Source: Snowella sp.
Lineage (GTDB): Bacteria > Cyanobacteriota > Cyanobacteriia > Cyanobacteriales > Microcystaceae
Direction: 5' to 3'
DNA length: 64,000 nucleotides
Assembly: GCA_035285545.1 (NCBI GenBank)
Contig: JAYKGY010000019.1
Span: 64,001-128,000 of the forward strand
Under the pieces are notes generated by a model. The model did not search any database. It was not told the DNA's origin and was given only the letters and a program-made list of their open reading frames with translations. Of the stretch, positions 19,125 through 28,951 are shown in pieces. Position numbers and translations under genes: made by a program. The stretch's first letter is position 1. Every line of letters begins with the position of its first letter.

Positions 19125-19596
19125 AGGTTTGGCTTGCCTTGAGTCGAAATGACTCCAAAATGAGCAATCAAGAAATCGAAAAATATAAGCGGTTTGAAAG
19201 AAATAAGGAAATAATAGGAGAGAGCCGCTCTAAAACGGCAATCGGTTGTTATCTCTATCGGATTTTACTACTGAATTTTAGCTCGAAACGCTAGGAACCA
19301 AAGAGTTGTTATAAATCTTAATTTTTTATTAAGAAAGTATTTTAGGGAATTTTGTAAAAAGGAGTTACCGTAAAAATGAGGATTTTTTTGACTGATTGAT
19401 TTTTGATCAATCCCGAAAAAATACGGAAATCACTGGGTTAACACGATTTCTAAGGAGGATCATCGGACTCAACCTATCAGGAATTTCAGATTGCTAAAAA
19501 TTAATTAGCTTTTTGATGCCTCGTGATTAGAAACCTAAGATTTCGTCAATCCATCGTCAGATTTTTAGTATTATTTGACAATCTAAATTTTAGTGA

Positions 19597-20052
19597 TTAG
19601 TTGGGATGAGAGGATTTATAGGCTTGACCGCAAAAGGGACAGAAGCGAAATTTTAAGGATTGGATCGGGGCATTACAACTTAAGCAGCGATCGCTAAGAG
19701 CCGAGCCACACAAAAAACAAAACCGCGATCGTCGGTCTAGCCAATAGGTTTCTGCTTCTGTACCCGGTTGCCAACACTGAAAACAGAGTTTTAAGGATTG
19801 GGTTTCCTGAACCGTAACCCCACGACAAACCGCTTCTAGGTAATCTTCCGGAATGGCTAAAATTTTTGCCAAACTGGTTTTGGTTTTACTGTTGAGCCTA
19901 ACGGTTTTTCCCAGTTCAATTTTGCCAATACTTTGACTATGTAAACCTGCTCGTTCTGCTAATTCACCTTGACTCAATTTTAATTTTTTACGAAGACGAC
20001 GCACGTATTCTGCTAGGGTTTCTCCCGACTGGGGAACAGTTTCATCTATCAT
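19597..20052 (-). CDS. XRE-family HTH protein with a C-terminal double zinc ribbon
   Basis: VRRLRKKLKLSQGELAERAGLHSQSIGKIELG; four CxxC pairs (CFQC, CFLC, CLSC, CPFC). Confidence 0.85.
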   Translation of the reverse strand: MIDETVPQSGETLAEYVRRLRKKLKLSQGELAERAGLHSQSIGKIELGKTVRLNSKTKTSLAKILAIPEDYLEAVCRGVTVQETQSLKLCFQCWQPGTEAETYWLDRRSRFCFLCGSALSDRCLSCNAPIQSLKFRFCPFCGQAYKSSHPN

Positions 20053-20106
20053 CTTTTTTTAATTAGCTAAATCTAGTAATAGTTTTAATGTGATTTTAAA
20101 GACTTC

Positions 20107-22533
20107 TTATTCTATTAAAATTTTGATAATCCAAGAATCTTGAAAGATAACAGCAAAATGGGGTAAAGCCAGTTCTAGTTCCATATCTAAATCGCGATTG
20201 TGAATATCCGTAATTAATTTATAAATCAATTCAAAATTAATCCGATCTTCTTTAGTTAGGATATTAAAACTGCCATGTTGGGAATTATTTAACCGTTCAA
20301 TTTCTTCTTTGCCGATTTTTCCTGTAATCGGATCTTTTCGGGCATCTCGCCACAGTTGAAACTGAATATCTTTATGATGGATCACTAATTCGTTAAAATT
20401 TTTGATGCGATTGGTAAAGGTCGAACCGTCTAGTTGAAGGAACGCGATCGCGAAACTTTGATCAGTATACTGAATGACACAATGTTCAGGAATTTTTTTT
20501 CTACCCAAACTGAGAAAATCAATGACATAACTGGATTGTGTCTTAAATGCTTCTGCAATTTCGAGAAATTTTCCTAAATCATCACTATCATTAATAATTT
20601 GTAATTTCTCATATTCTTGTTCAAATAACGGACGGTTCTGTTCAATAAAGCGATTAATTTGGCTAAATATAGAATTAGCAATAGAATTGGTAGAGTTTTG
20701 ATGGGGAATTCGTGAAGAAGTCAGATCTGTTAAGGTAAATTCGGATAATAACTTACCCATTTGTTGAAATAAGCTTTGAAATTGCTGGAAATGATTTTCT
20801 AGTCTATTTATTCTAGTTTCTAAGTCAGAGACATTTTCAATATTTTCTGAAACTTTTGAAACTGAACCCAGTGAAAATTCTTGGGGTAAGGGTATTTGAT
20901 GAACTTTGTAGTAATAGTAATTAGACGCACTATTGAGAATTGCGCGAATAGAGTTATGATTCAGAATAGTTTCTAGTTCAGTTGCTGTAAATAATGTTTC
21001 TAAAGAAAGCTCTACTGATTTAGCTTTAATTCGTAAAATTTCCGTTAAATATTGATCCGATGGACGTTGTAAATACAATTGATTTTGGGAAACGCGATCA
21101 ATAATGGCTCCGTCAAATTTTTCCTTAAATTGTTCCCAGCGATCAGGAAACAAATTCAGAATGACTAAGCTATTAGAAACATGGGTAAAAATTTCTTTAA
21201 CGGCTTCTCCAAAGGCAAACAGAAGTTGTTCATTATGCTTTAAGCCTAATACTTCTAATTGATCAAAAATAATAATTAACGGCTCATCTAATAAGGATAA
21301 TTTACTAAAAACAGAAATCGCCTCTAAAGAAAAGGCTTCTTTGCTCATTTCTTCATTCCAATTATTTAAGCCAATCGCTTCGAGTTCAATCTCATTTAAT
21401 TCTTCGGCTGCCAACCAACGAGTTACTAACTTTTTGAGATGGGGTTTGCTATAACTACAGTATTTGATAATGCCTTTAATAATTTGAGATGCATATCCTG
21501 CTAACCCATATTCACTCATCCACCATTCATCAGTTCGTTTTTCAATATGCCGCCAGTAATCTAATTTTTTGCCACTTCCTTCTGCACCTAATTGTTCATA
21601 AATATTTAATGGATTTTCTTTAATAATACTTAAAATATCTTGATCTTTTTGCGTTAAGGTCATCATTCCTGTGCGACTAATTAGCTTGACAAAACTCTGG
21701 GCTAAAAGAGTTTCTAATTGGGTATAACCCGTTTCAGGAATTTTTTCGACAAAAGATTCTAGAATTCGACTATAAATATGAAATAAAACCGAGTCAGCAT
21801 TGTTAGGACAACGAATAAATAACAGCCGATTAACTTTGAGTAATTCTTTGGCTAATCGCATCATTAAATGGGTTTTGCCACTTCCTGGTTCTCCGATGAC
21901 AACAGTTCCCCTAGATTGATGATTTTTATCCTGTTTAATATCGGTAATAATCCACTTCAGTCGTTCAAATTCGTTTTGATGAATGGGCTTAAGATCAACA
22001 TGATCTTGGAAAGGATTATCAACTCGATTAGAAGCAAAAGGATTCGTCGTTAATTGGAGTTGATTCATCTTTTTCTTTTCCAAAATTTTACAATACAATT
22101 GATAAGTAAACAGAGCATCATAGCGTGCGGTATGAGCTTGTTCAGGATTAAAATATTTTCGATTGACTTTTAATCCGAGCTTCTTACTCAGATAACCTAA
22201 GGAATGGCTCGGCAAATGGGGATAATAATATTGCGCGAGTTGGACGCTACAGGTTAAGTTTAGGGCGGGTAATTTAATGCCGACTTTTGTACAACTTTGG
22301 TTGATGACCGCGAGATCGTGTTTGGCTAAATGACAGATAATTTCTTTATTGCGCGCGATCGCGAAAAACTCTAAAAGAATTTGTTTTAACGGTTTAATCG
22401 TCGGCTTAACGGTTTCTGGCGCAATCAATTCTTGAGTAAAAGCCTCATAACACAACTGACCTGTCTGATCAATTACGGCGATTTCTCGAAGATAGTCTCT
22501 TCCTTCTGTATCAACAATAATAAACTCTCTCAT
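20107..22533 (-). CDS. DEDDh 3'-5' exonuclease fused to a P-loop ATPase
   Basis: IIVDTEG, HLAKHD, AHTARYDA (DnaQ-like); GEPGSGKT Walker A; IIIFDQLE Walker B. ATG 22533 is preferred over 22599, which overlaps arsS. Confidence 0.8.
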   Translation of the reverse strand: MREFIIVDTEGRDYLREIAVIDQTGQLCYEAFTQELIAPETVKPTIKPLKQILLEFFAIARNKEIICHLAKHDLAVINQSCTKVGIKLPALNLTCSVQLAQYYYPHLPSHSLGYLSKKLGLKVNRKYFNPEQAHTARYDALFTYQLYCKILEKKKMNQLQLTTNPFASNRVDNPFQDHVDLKPIHQNEFERLKWIITDIKQDKNHQSRGTVVIGEPGSGKTHLMMRLAKELLKVNRLLFIRCPNNADSVLFHIYSRILESFVEKIPETGYTQLETLLAQSFVKLISRTGMMTLTQKDQDILSIIKENPLNIYEQLGAEGSGKKLDYWRHIEKRTDEWWMSEYGLAGYASQIIKGIIKYCSYSKPHLKKLVTRWLAAEELNEIELEAIGLNNWNEEMSKEAFSLEAISVFSKLSLLDEPLIIIFDQLEVLGLKHNEQLLFAFGEAVKEIFTHVSNSLVILNLFPDRWEQFKEKFDGAIIDRVSQNQLYLQRPSDQYLTEILRIKAKSVELSLETLFTATELETILNHNSIRAILNSASNYYYYKVHQIPLPQEFSLGSVSKVSENIENVSDLETRINRLENHFQQFQSLFQQMGKLLSEFTLTDLTSSRIPHQNSTNSIANSIFSQINRFIEQNRPLFEQEYEKLQIINDSDDLGKFLEIAEAFKTQSSYVIDFLSLGRKKIPEHCVIQYTDQSFAIAFLQLDGSTFTNRIKNFNELVIHHKDIQFQLWRDARKDPITGKIGKEEIERLNNSQHGSFNILTKEDRINFELIYKLITDIHNRDLDMELELALPHFAVIFQDSWIIKILIE

Positions 22534-22541
22534 GGGAGCAG

Positions 22542-23540
22542 TTACGCCATTAATGCTCCACCACAACTTGAACCACTGCCCGCAGTACAGCCATAACAAT
22601 AGTCAGCCGTTTGGACGCTTTCAATTATATCCAATTGATTTTTTGCAAGGAGTTTAGCAACCGTGATCACCTCCCCTGTAGTAGTCTTAGCAGGAATATT
22701 TTCCATCTGATTAAAATCACAATCATAAACATTTCCTAAGTAGTCTATTGACAGTTGATTTCGACACATTAAATAATCAACCGTCTCAGGATTATGATGA
22801 TTAGCTAAAAAGTGTAAGTAGGGAAGATATAACGCTTTATCTTGTAAATAGTTTTTAGTTCTACCAATTGGCAAGTTCGTAATCGTAAATAAGTGGTTAA
22901 AAACAATCTTAAATTGTTCTTTTAAATATTGCTTATAATCTTGCTCTAATTGTATTTGATTAGGGGTTAAACTAAAATCGTCATTTCTGGGAACGGGTGG
23001 ATTATAAACTAAGTTTAGTTGAAGTTTGGGATCATCTCCGTAACCTAATTGATTCAGTTTTTGTAAAGCTCGAATCGAGGCTTCATAGACTCCAGCCCCC
23101 CTTTGTTTATTAACATTATCAGCTAAATAACAAGGTAAGGAAGCAATAACCTGCAACTGATATTGAGCAAAATAATCGGGCAAATCTTCAAAGCCAGGTT
23201 CAAAAAAAATCGTTAAATTAGAACGAACAATGACCGTTTTATTTGCTTTTCTCGCTGATTCTACAATAGGCTTAAAATAATCATGAAGTTCTGGTGCGCC
23301 GCCTGTTAAATCGACGGTTTCAATTTGCGGAAAATGGTTAATTAGTTCAAGAATTTGTTCTCCGACATCAGCAGTGATTTCTTCGGTACGCTTAGGGCTA
23401 GCTTCGACATGGCAATGATTACAAGCTAAGTTACAGCGTTTTCCTAAATTAACTTGTAATACAGTAATTTTTTGTTTGCTTAATGTAGAATACAGCCGTT
23501 TATGAAAAGGAATAATATCTAAAGTATTACAAGCAGTCAT
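22542..23540 (-). CDS. arsS: Arsenosugar biosynthesis radical SAM protein ArsS
   Basis: LQVNLGKRCNLACNHCHVEASP, DLTGGAPE, ASLPCY, YDCDFNQM, C-terminal CYGCTAGSGSSCGG. Confidence 0.85.
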   Translation of the reverse strand: MTACNTLDIIPFHKRLYSTLSKQKITVLQVNLGKRCNLACNHCHVEASPKRTEEITADVGEQILELINHFPQIETVDLTGGAPELHDYFKPIVESARKANKTVIVRSNLTIFFEPGFEDLPDYFAQYQLQVIASLPCYLADNVNKQRGAGVYEASIRALQKLNQLGYGDDPKLQLNLVYNPPVPRNDDFSLTPNQIQLEQDYKQYLKEQFKIVFNHLFTITNLPIGRTKNYLQDKALYLPYLHFLANHHNPETVDYLMCRNQLSIDYLGNVYDCDFNQMENIPAKTTTGEVITVAKLLAKNQLDIIESVQTADYCYGCTAGSGSSCGGALMA

Positions 23541-23603
23541 TTTTAAATAATTAATGTTGATTGGCTAGGTAGGGATTTTTTTGAGCTTTAAATGCTTTTT
23601 TGA

Positions 23604-23882
23604 TTAAATTTCCGAATTTTGTTGTAATATGTCAGCGTCTTGATAAGACAGTAAAAAATGTCGCACTTTTTCAATTTCTAAATCTAGTGCTTGAGCAATT
23701 TGCTCCACACTTAATCCTAAAGCTAATAATCGGGGGATAGACATTGATTTTACTTTTTCCATGCCTTCTTCTAAATCCTCTTGATAGACTTTAGTTTCTC
23801 TTAAATCGCTGAGACTAAACATAGCTTCTATTTCCTTTCTGCTGATTTTAGGTAGTTTGTAGATCAAAATGGTTTCGATCAA
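23604..23882 (-). pseudogene. C-terminal fragment of an Rpn/DUF2887-family protein
   Basis: LLELIETILIYKLP..SRKEIEAMFSLSDLRETKVYQE...IPRLLALGLSVEQIAQALDL; the N-terminal nuclease domain is absent. Confidence 0.75.
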
Positions 23883-24095
23883 TTCTAAAAGATTTTGTTG
23901 TGTGCGAGGTTCGTTCGTTGATAAAAAATGCTATCAGTTTTCACATTTATTGAATGGCTGAATTTTAAGAAAAGTATAACAAAAGCAGGGCGATCGCTGT
24001 TTTCACGCCATTTTAATTGATAATGAGTAATGGACAATTGACAAATTTTTGCCTGTTACACGACGAATTTTAAATTTACGCTATCGGGTATTACT

Positions 24096-24692
24096 ATGAC
24101 GGCTTCTCAGAACTTAGATCCCACGGTTTCCGAAGAAATGGGGCAACAATTGACCGCATTATCTCAGCAAGTAGCGGCTCTCACGCAACGGGTAACGGAT
24201 TTAGAAAATAAGCTGCTATTAATTCCGGATATCGAGCGTTACAGTAAATTACAACAATTCCTCATGGCAGGTCAGTTTAAAGAAGCCGATCAGGAAACTA
24301 CCAATATTATTTTAGAAACCGTCGGCATGAAACGGGACGAACTAGCTCCTGAAGTAATGTCTAAATTTCCTTGCAATGTATTGTTAGTCATTGACCGACT
24401 TTGGCGAATTTATAGCCAAGACCGCTTTGGTTTTAGCATCCAGTTAGAAATTTATCAAAACGGGGGAGGCAGCTTAGATACGCTCCGCACTCAAGATCGA
24501 AAAGTTATGGGGGTTTTTGCGACCCAGGTGGGTTGGTACGTGGAAGGTCAACTGCGATTTGAGGTCTATGACGAATGGGATTTTTCCGTTAATGCCCCCC
24601 GTGGTTGTTTTCCTGCCATTTGGTGGAAATCTCCCTATGGCTTAAAAATGGTGACGTTTTTCTTTATGCGACTGTTTGAGTGCGAGATTTAA
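24096..24692 (+). CDS. GUN4-domain protein with an N-terminal coiled coil
   Basis: YSKLQQFL..GQFKEADQET...FPC...IDRLW..YS..RFGFSIQ...APRGCFP. Confidence 0.85.
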   Translation: MTASQNLDPTVSEEMGQQLTALSQQVAALTQRVTDLENKLLLIPDIERYSKLQQFLMAGQFKEADQETTNIILETVGMKRDELAPEVMSKFPCNVLLVIDRLWRIYSQDRFGFSIQLEIYQNGGGSLDTLRTQDRKVMGVFATQVGWYVEGQLRFEVYDEWDFSVNAPRGCFPAIWWKSPYGLKMVTFFFMRLFECEI

Positions 24693-24712
24693 CCTAGATG
24701 TAACGAACTTTT

Positions 24713-25261
24713 TCAACTCTTTTCGCCTACTTGCGAATTCTTAAGAATTTTCTGATAAACTTCTTCGGTGTAAAGATCTTGGGGATCGTCGAGTCGGTCT
24801 AAGAAAACCAGACCATTGAGGTGATCGAGTTCGTGTTGAAAAATTCGCGCCACAAAACCCGTCAATTCCTGCTGGCGTAAATTTCCCCATTGATCGGTAT
24901 ATTCAACGGCGATCGCCTGATACCGAGGCACTAAACCCCGCCACCCTGTCACACTCAAACACCCTTCCCAATCTTTCACGCTTTCTGTAGAGCAGTCTAA
25001 AATGCGAGGATTAATCACCGCCGTCGGTTCCATCACAGGCGCATGGGGATAACGAGGCGTGGGACGCGAAGCCATAATAAACAAACGGTGGGATTGAAAA
25101 ACTTGCGGTGCAGCGATCCCTACCCCATTGGCTTGATGCGTCGTAGCGATCAGAGAATGAATTAAGGTTTGTATTTCCTTCTGACTTACCTCTACAATAG
25201 GGTTTGCTGTTTGCGACAAAATTGAATGTCCCCATTGAGCAATTTCTAAAATTTGAGCCAT
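24713..25261 (-). CDS. def: Peptide deformylase
   Basis: GVGIAAPQ, EGCLS, QHELDHL. Confidence 0.95.
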   Translation of the reverse strand: MAQILEIAQWGHSILSQTANPIVEVSQKEIQTLIHSLIATTHQANGVGIAAPQVFQSHRLFIMASRPTPRYPHAPVMEPTAVINPRILDCSTESVKDWEGCLSVTGWRGLVPRYQAIAVEYTDQWGNLRQQELTGFVARIFQHELDHLNGLVFLDRLDDPQDLYTEEVYQKILKNSQVGEKS

Positions 25262-25418
25262 AGAAATAAAATTTGTTTTATAATGACGCTTTATTCTGAA
25301 TCATAGCTATTTTTGATCGGAATGTAAGGCCATTTCGCAACGGATACTATCTATCTTCTTATCCCAAAAGTCCCAGTTTAACCGTTTTATCGGTTAGCCG
25401 TTAGGAGTTCAAACATTC

Positions 25419-26765
25419 GTGACTATTTCTCCCCAAGACCTGTGGAATCAATCGCTAGAGAAGCTTCAGCAACAGTTGACCCGTCCAGCTTTTGAAACTT
25501 GGATTAAAACGGCGACCTTACAAACGCTAACTGATCGCTATGTCGTCATTCAGGCGGCCAATCCCTTTGTTTTAAATCATTTACAAAAGAATTATCTACC
25601 CTTAATTAGCGAGGTAATTGAAGGAATTTTAGGTTATCCCCTAGAAATTCAGTTAACGACTCCAGAATCGGAAAATATCTCTATTTTAAAGCCCATCAAG
25701 CGTCCGAATCCCCCTGAGCCGCCCTTAAAAAATCCCCAACTCAATCCTAAATATAACTTTTCCTATTTTGTGGTTGGCCCGACCAATCGCATGGCCCATG
25801 CAGCATCCTTAGCCGTTGCCGAATCCCCAGGGCGAGAATTTAATCCTTTATTTCTCTGTGGTGGTGTCGGTTTAGGGAAAACCCACCTTATGCAGGCGAT
25901 CGCCTACTATCGTTTAGAAATGTATCCTGATGCCAAGGTTTTTTACGTTTCGACCGAACAATTTACCAATGATTTAATCACGGCAATTCGTCAAGATAGT
26001 ATGGAAAAGTTTCGCAATCACTATCGCAAAGCAGATTTTTTATTAATTGACGATATTCAGTTTATCGAAGGAAAAGAATATACCCAGGAAGAGCTATTTC
26101 ATACCTTCAACACCCTACATGAAGCCGGAAAACAGGTGGTTTTAGCCTCAGATCGCCCGCCTAAACGGATTCCCAGTTTGCAAGATCGGTTAATTTCTCG
26201 CTTTTCGATGGGCTTAATTGCAGATATCCAAGTGCCGGATTTGGAAACCCGTATGGCCATTTTGCAGAAAAAAGCCGAATACGAGAATATGCGCTTACCG
26301 AAAGAGGTGATTGAATATATTGCCTCCAATTACACCTCTAATATTCGGGAATTAGAAGGGGCCTTGATTCGCGCGATCGCCTATACCTCCATTTCAGGCG
26401 TACAAATGACCCTACAAAACATTGTGCCTGTTCTTAATCCACCTGTTGAAAAAGTCGCCGCCTCCCCCGATATTATCTTACAAACCGTAGCAGCAGCCTA
26501 TCAAGTGACTATCGATGACTTAAAGGGCGTTTCTCGGCGTAAAGAGATTAGTTTAGCCCGTCAAATTGGGATGTACCTAATGCGGCAACATACGGATTTA
26601 AGTTTGCCTAGAATTGGGCAAGCCTTTGGGGGCAAGGATCACACAACGGTGATGTATAGCTGCGACAAGATTAATCAACTGCAACAAAAAAATTGGGAAT
26701 TGAGCCAGACCCTTTCGGAACTCAGCGATCGCATTAATATTGCGAGTCGGAATCAAGATCTGTAA
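25419..26765 (+). CDS. dnaA: Chromosomal replication initiator DnaA
   Basis: [42 protein letters not shown]. Confidence 0.98.
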   Translation: MTISPQDLWNQSLEKLQQQLTRPAFETWIKTATLQTLTDRYVVIQAANPFVLNHLQKNYLPLISEVIEGILGYPLEIQLTTPESENISILKPIKRPNPPEPPLKNPQLNPKYNFSYFVVGPTNRMAHAASLAVAESPGREFNPLFLCGGVGLGKTHLMQAIAYYRLEMYPDAKVFYVSTEQFTNDLITAIRQDSMEKFRNHYRKADFLLIDDIQFIEGKEYTQEELFHTFNTLHEAGKQVVLASDRPPKRIPSLQDRLISRFSMGLIADIQVPDLETRMAILQKKAEYENMRLPKEVIEYIASNYTSNIRELEGALIRAIAYTSISGVQMTLQNIVPVLNPPVEKVAASPDIILQTVAAAYQVTIDDLKGVSRRKEISLARQIGMYLMRQHTDLSLPRIGQAFGGKDHTTVMYSCDKINQLQQKNWELSQTLSELSDRINIASRNQDL

Positions 26766-26995
26766 ATTCCCTGAGTCATCATTGACTTAATCGGTTCAGC
26801 CACTCAAGTCCCAGTATTTATACTGAATTTATACTGAAAAACCTTGATTTTTTTAGAATTGATTTTTAATTTTTAACATCTATCTATTTATAGATCCGGC
26901 TTAATTGGGTTATAACTGACGAAGGCACTGCAAACTTGTCCTGCACTCTTTAGGGGCTTCAGTGACCTAAAATTGCTTTTTATCATAAATTATCG

Positions 26996-28225
26996 ATGAG
27001 TAACGCCAACAAAATCGAGAATACGGGAGAAGCGTTTTCCAGTTCATCCCCTGAGCATCCGCAGTATATTGAAGCAGAATTTGTTGAATCATCCCCTTTC
27101 GATTCTCAATCGACACCTCATAGAACAAATGCGGAGGATGAGGAGTTAATGTATATTCCTTGGCATGAGGAATTTACTGAAGAATATTTACAAGCAACAG
27201 ATACGATTACCTTTGATCGGGTGTTTACGAAACGAGCCAGACCCCATCGCCAACCTCAAAAAAGTGCCTTAGAACAACTCTTAACGCCCTGGGGAGTCAG
27301 TGCCGTTGCTTGCTTTGTGTTGGCCAATGGCCTATTAATTTGGAGCCAGATTTCTCCCCCGACTCCGGTTAATACCGCCGCGATCGCGCCCCAAGTATTA
27401 CCCAATCCTGAACTCAATTCTTTAAACCCCATTAATCCTGCCCAATTCAATATTGCCGCTCCCGCTGCTCAAGCCCATTTAACGCCGGAGACTCTCAGCA
27501 AATTACCGTCAGATTCTGTTAAAAATCATCCTGTCGTCGCCAACTTACCCCCCATTCCCACCACGGTAGCTCCCCAGGCGATCGCGCCATCTCAAGTAAC
27601 GGTTCCCCCCGAAGTCAGCAATAGTTTAGCCAATGCCATGCTGCCACCGTCGCTTCAACTGCAATATCCGCCAGCCTATGCCCCCGTTGCTGTTCCTACG
27701 GTAAATCCGACGAGTTACGCTAAGGTTAACCCGATTCCGACTCGTCCCGTTATTAGCAATCTTCAGCCCGTTAATCCACCCCAACGTTCCTTACCCACGA
27801 TTGCGGTTAATCCTGCCTACAGTGCCCCCCGTTCTCTTTCCAATATTCCCTTACCGCCTCCCCCGCCTCCTCCAACGGCTTTTGTTCAACCCCCTGCTGC
27901 TCCAACGGTAACGGCTCCCACTTCCCCCCCCGCGATCGCTAACCCTGTCCCCAGTTCAACCAGTCCGATTGCCGAAATCCCTCAAACCAATACAAACAAT
28001 ATTCAGAGCTTGTCCGACCAAATGGCGCGTCAAATTGCCAACCAGCAAAACCAACTCCAAACCCAAACTGTCAACCCCAATCAGGAGTCATTCAATTACA
28101 AAACGCGCAAAAAATTACAAACCCTTTACAATCAAAGTCAGGGGGTATCAACCAATTCGGATGTCAGTGCGACTGAAACAACGAATTTGATTCAAGAACT
28201 CCAACGATTAAACCAGCCAGAATAA
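26996..28225 (+). CDS. Single-TM, Pro-rich hypothetical protein
   Basis: Acidic N-terminus, TM after LLTPWG, long Pro/Asn-rich region; ends 12 bp before the pspA-like gene. Confidence 0.7.
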   Translation: MSNANKIENTGEAFSSSSPEHPQYIEAEFVESSPFDSQSTPHRTNAEDEELMYIPWHEEFTEEYLQATDTITFDRVFTKRARPHRQPQKSALEQLLTPWGVSAVACFVLANGLLIWSQISPPTPVNTAAIAPQVLPNPELNSLNPINPAQFNIAAPAAQAHLTPETLSKLPSDSVKNHPVVANLPPIPTTVAPQAIAPSQVTVPPEVSNSLANAMLPPSLQLQYPPAYAPVAVPTVNPTSYAKVNPIPTRPVISNLQPVNPPQRSLPTIAVNPAYSAPRSLSNIPLPPPPPPPTAFVQPPAAPTVTAPTSPPAIANPVPSSTSPIAEIPQTNTNNIQSLSDQMARQIANQQNQLQTQTVNPNQESFNYKTRKKLQTLYNQSQGVSTNSDVSATETTNLIQELQRLNQPE

Positions 28226-28237
28226 TGGGTCAAACCA

Positions 28238-28912
28238 ATGGGCTTGCTAGACCGAATCGGGCGAGTAATTCGCGCTCAAATTAATAGTCTGGGCAATGAA
28301 GCGAAAGATCCAGAACACCTGTTAGAAGAGATGACTTCGCAGATGGAATTGGAACTGATTGAAATGCGCCGTGCCCTGGCTGAAGCGATCGCGACCCATA
28401 AAAGTATGGAAAGACAACTCGCCGCCCACCGTCTTAATGCTCAAAAATGGTATGAACGCGCTCAACTCGCTGTCGATAAGGGAAACGATGCCCTTGCTAA
28501 AGAAGCTCTAAGCAATCGCCAAACTTATTTAGGTCACGCCCAAGCCATTGAAACCCATTTAACCGACCATTCCCAGTCAATCCAAAAAATTAAGCAGGAA
28601 TTACAAACCTTAGAACGGAAATTTAGTGAAGTACGAGCCAAAAAAAGTTTATATTTAGCGCGCCTTAAGTCAGCCGTAGCTGCCCAGAAATTACAAGAGA
28701 TTATGGGAAATTTTGATCATGCGAGTGCCAGCAGTGTTTTTGATCGCTTAGAATCTAAAATTTTAGAATTAGAAGCTGAAAATGAATTACTTACCCCAGC
28801 CCGTGATCCCCTCGAAAAACAGTTTACCCATCTCGAAAGCGATCGCTTGGTTCAATCCGAATTAGACCAACTCAAGGCCCAACGCCGAAAATTACCCCCC
28901 ACTTCCCGCTAA
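28238..28912 (+). CDS. PspA/IM30 family protein
   Basis: MGLLDRIGRVIRAQIN...DPE..LE coiled coil...FDRLESKI; no Vipp1 C-terminal extension. Confidence 0.9.
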   Translation: MGLLDRIGRVIRAQINSLGNEAKDPEHLLEEMTSQMELELIEMRRALAEAIATHKSMERQLAAHRLNAQKWYERAQLAVDKGNDALAKEALSNRQTYLGHAQAIETHLTDHSQSIQKIKQELQTLERKFSEVRAKKSLYLARLKSAVAAQKLQEIMGNFDHASASSVFDRLESKILELEAENELLTPARDPLEKQFTHLESDRLVQSELDQLKAQRRKLPPTSR

Positions 28913-28951
28913 AATCTCCATACAGAGGCATACGGGGGAATACGGGGAAAC

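Noticed and set aside
22534..22599. Extended N-terminus of the exonuclease-ATPase in the ORF track
   Set aside because: It overlaps the conserved arsS C-terminus, and the exonuclease motif starts right after ATG 22533.
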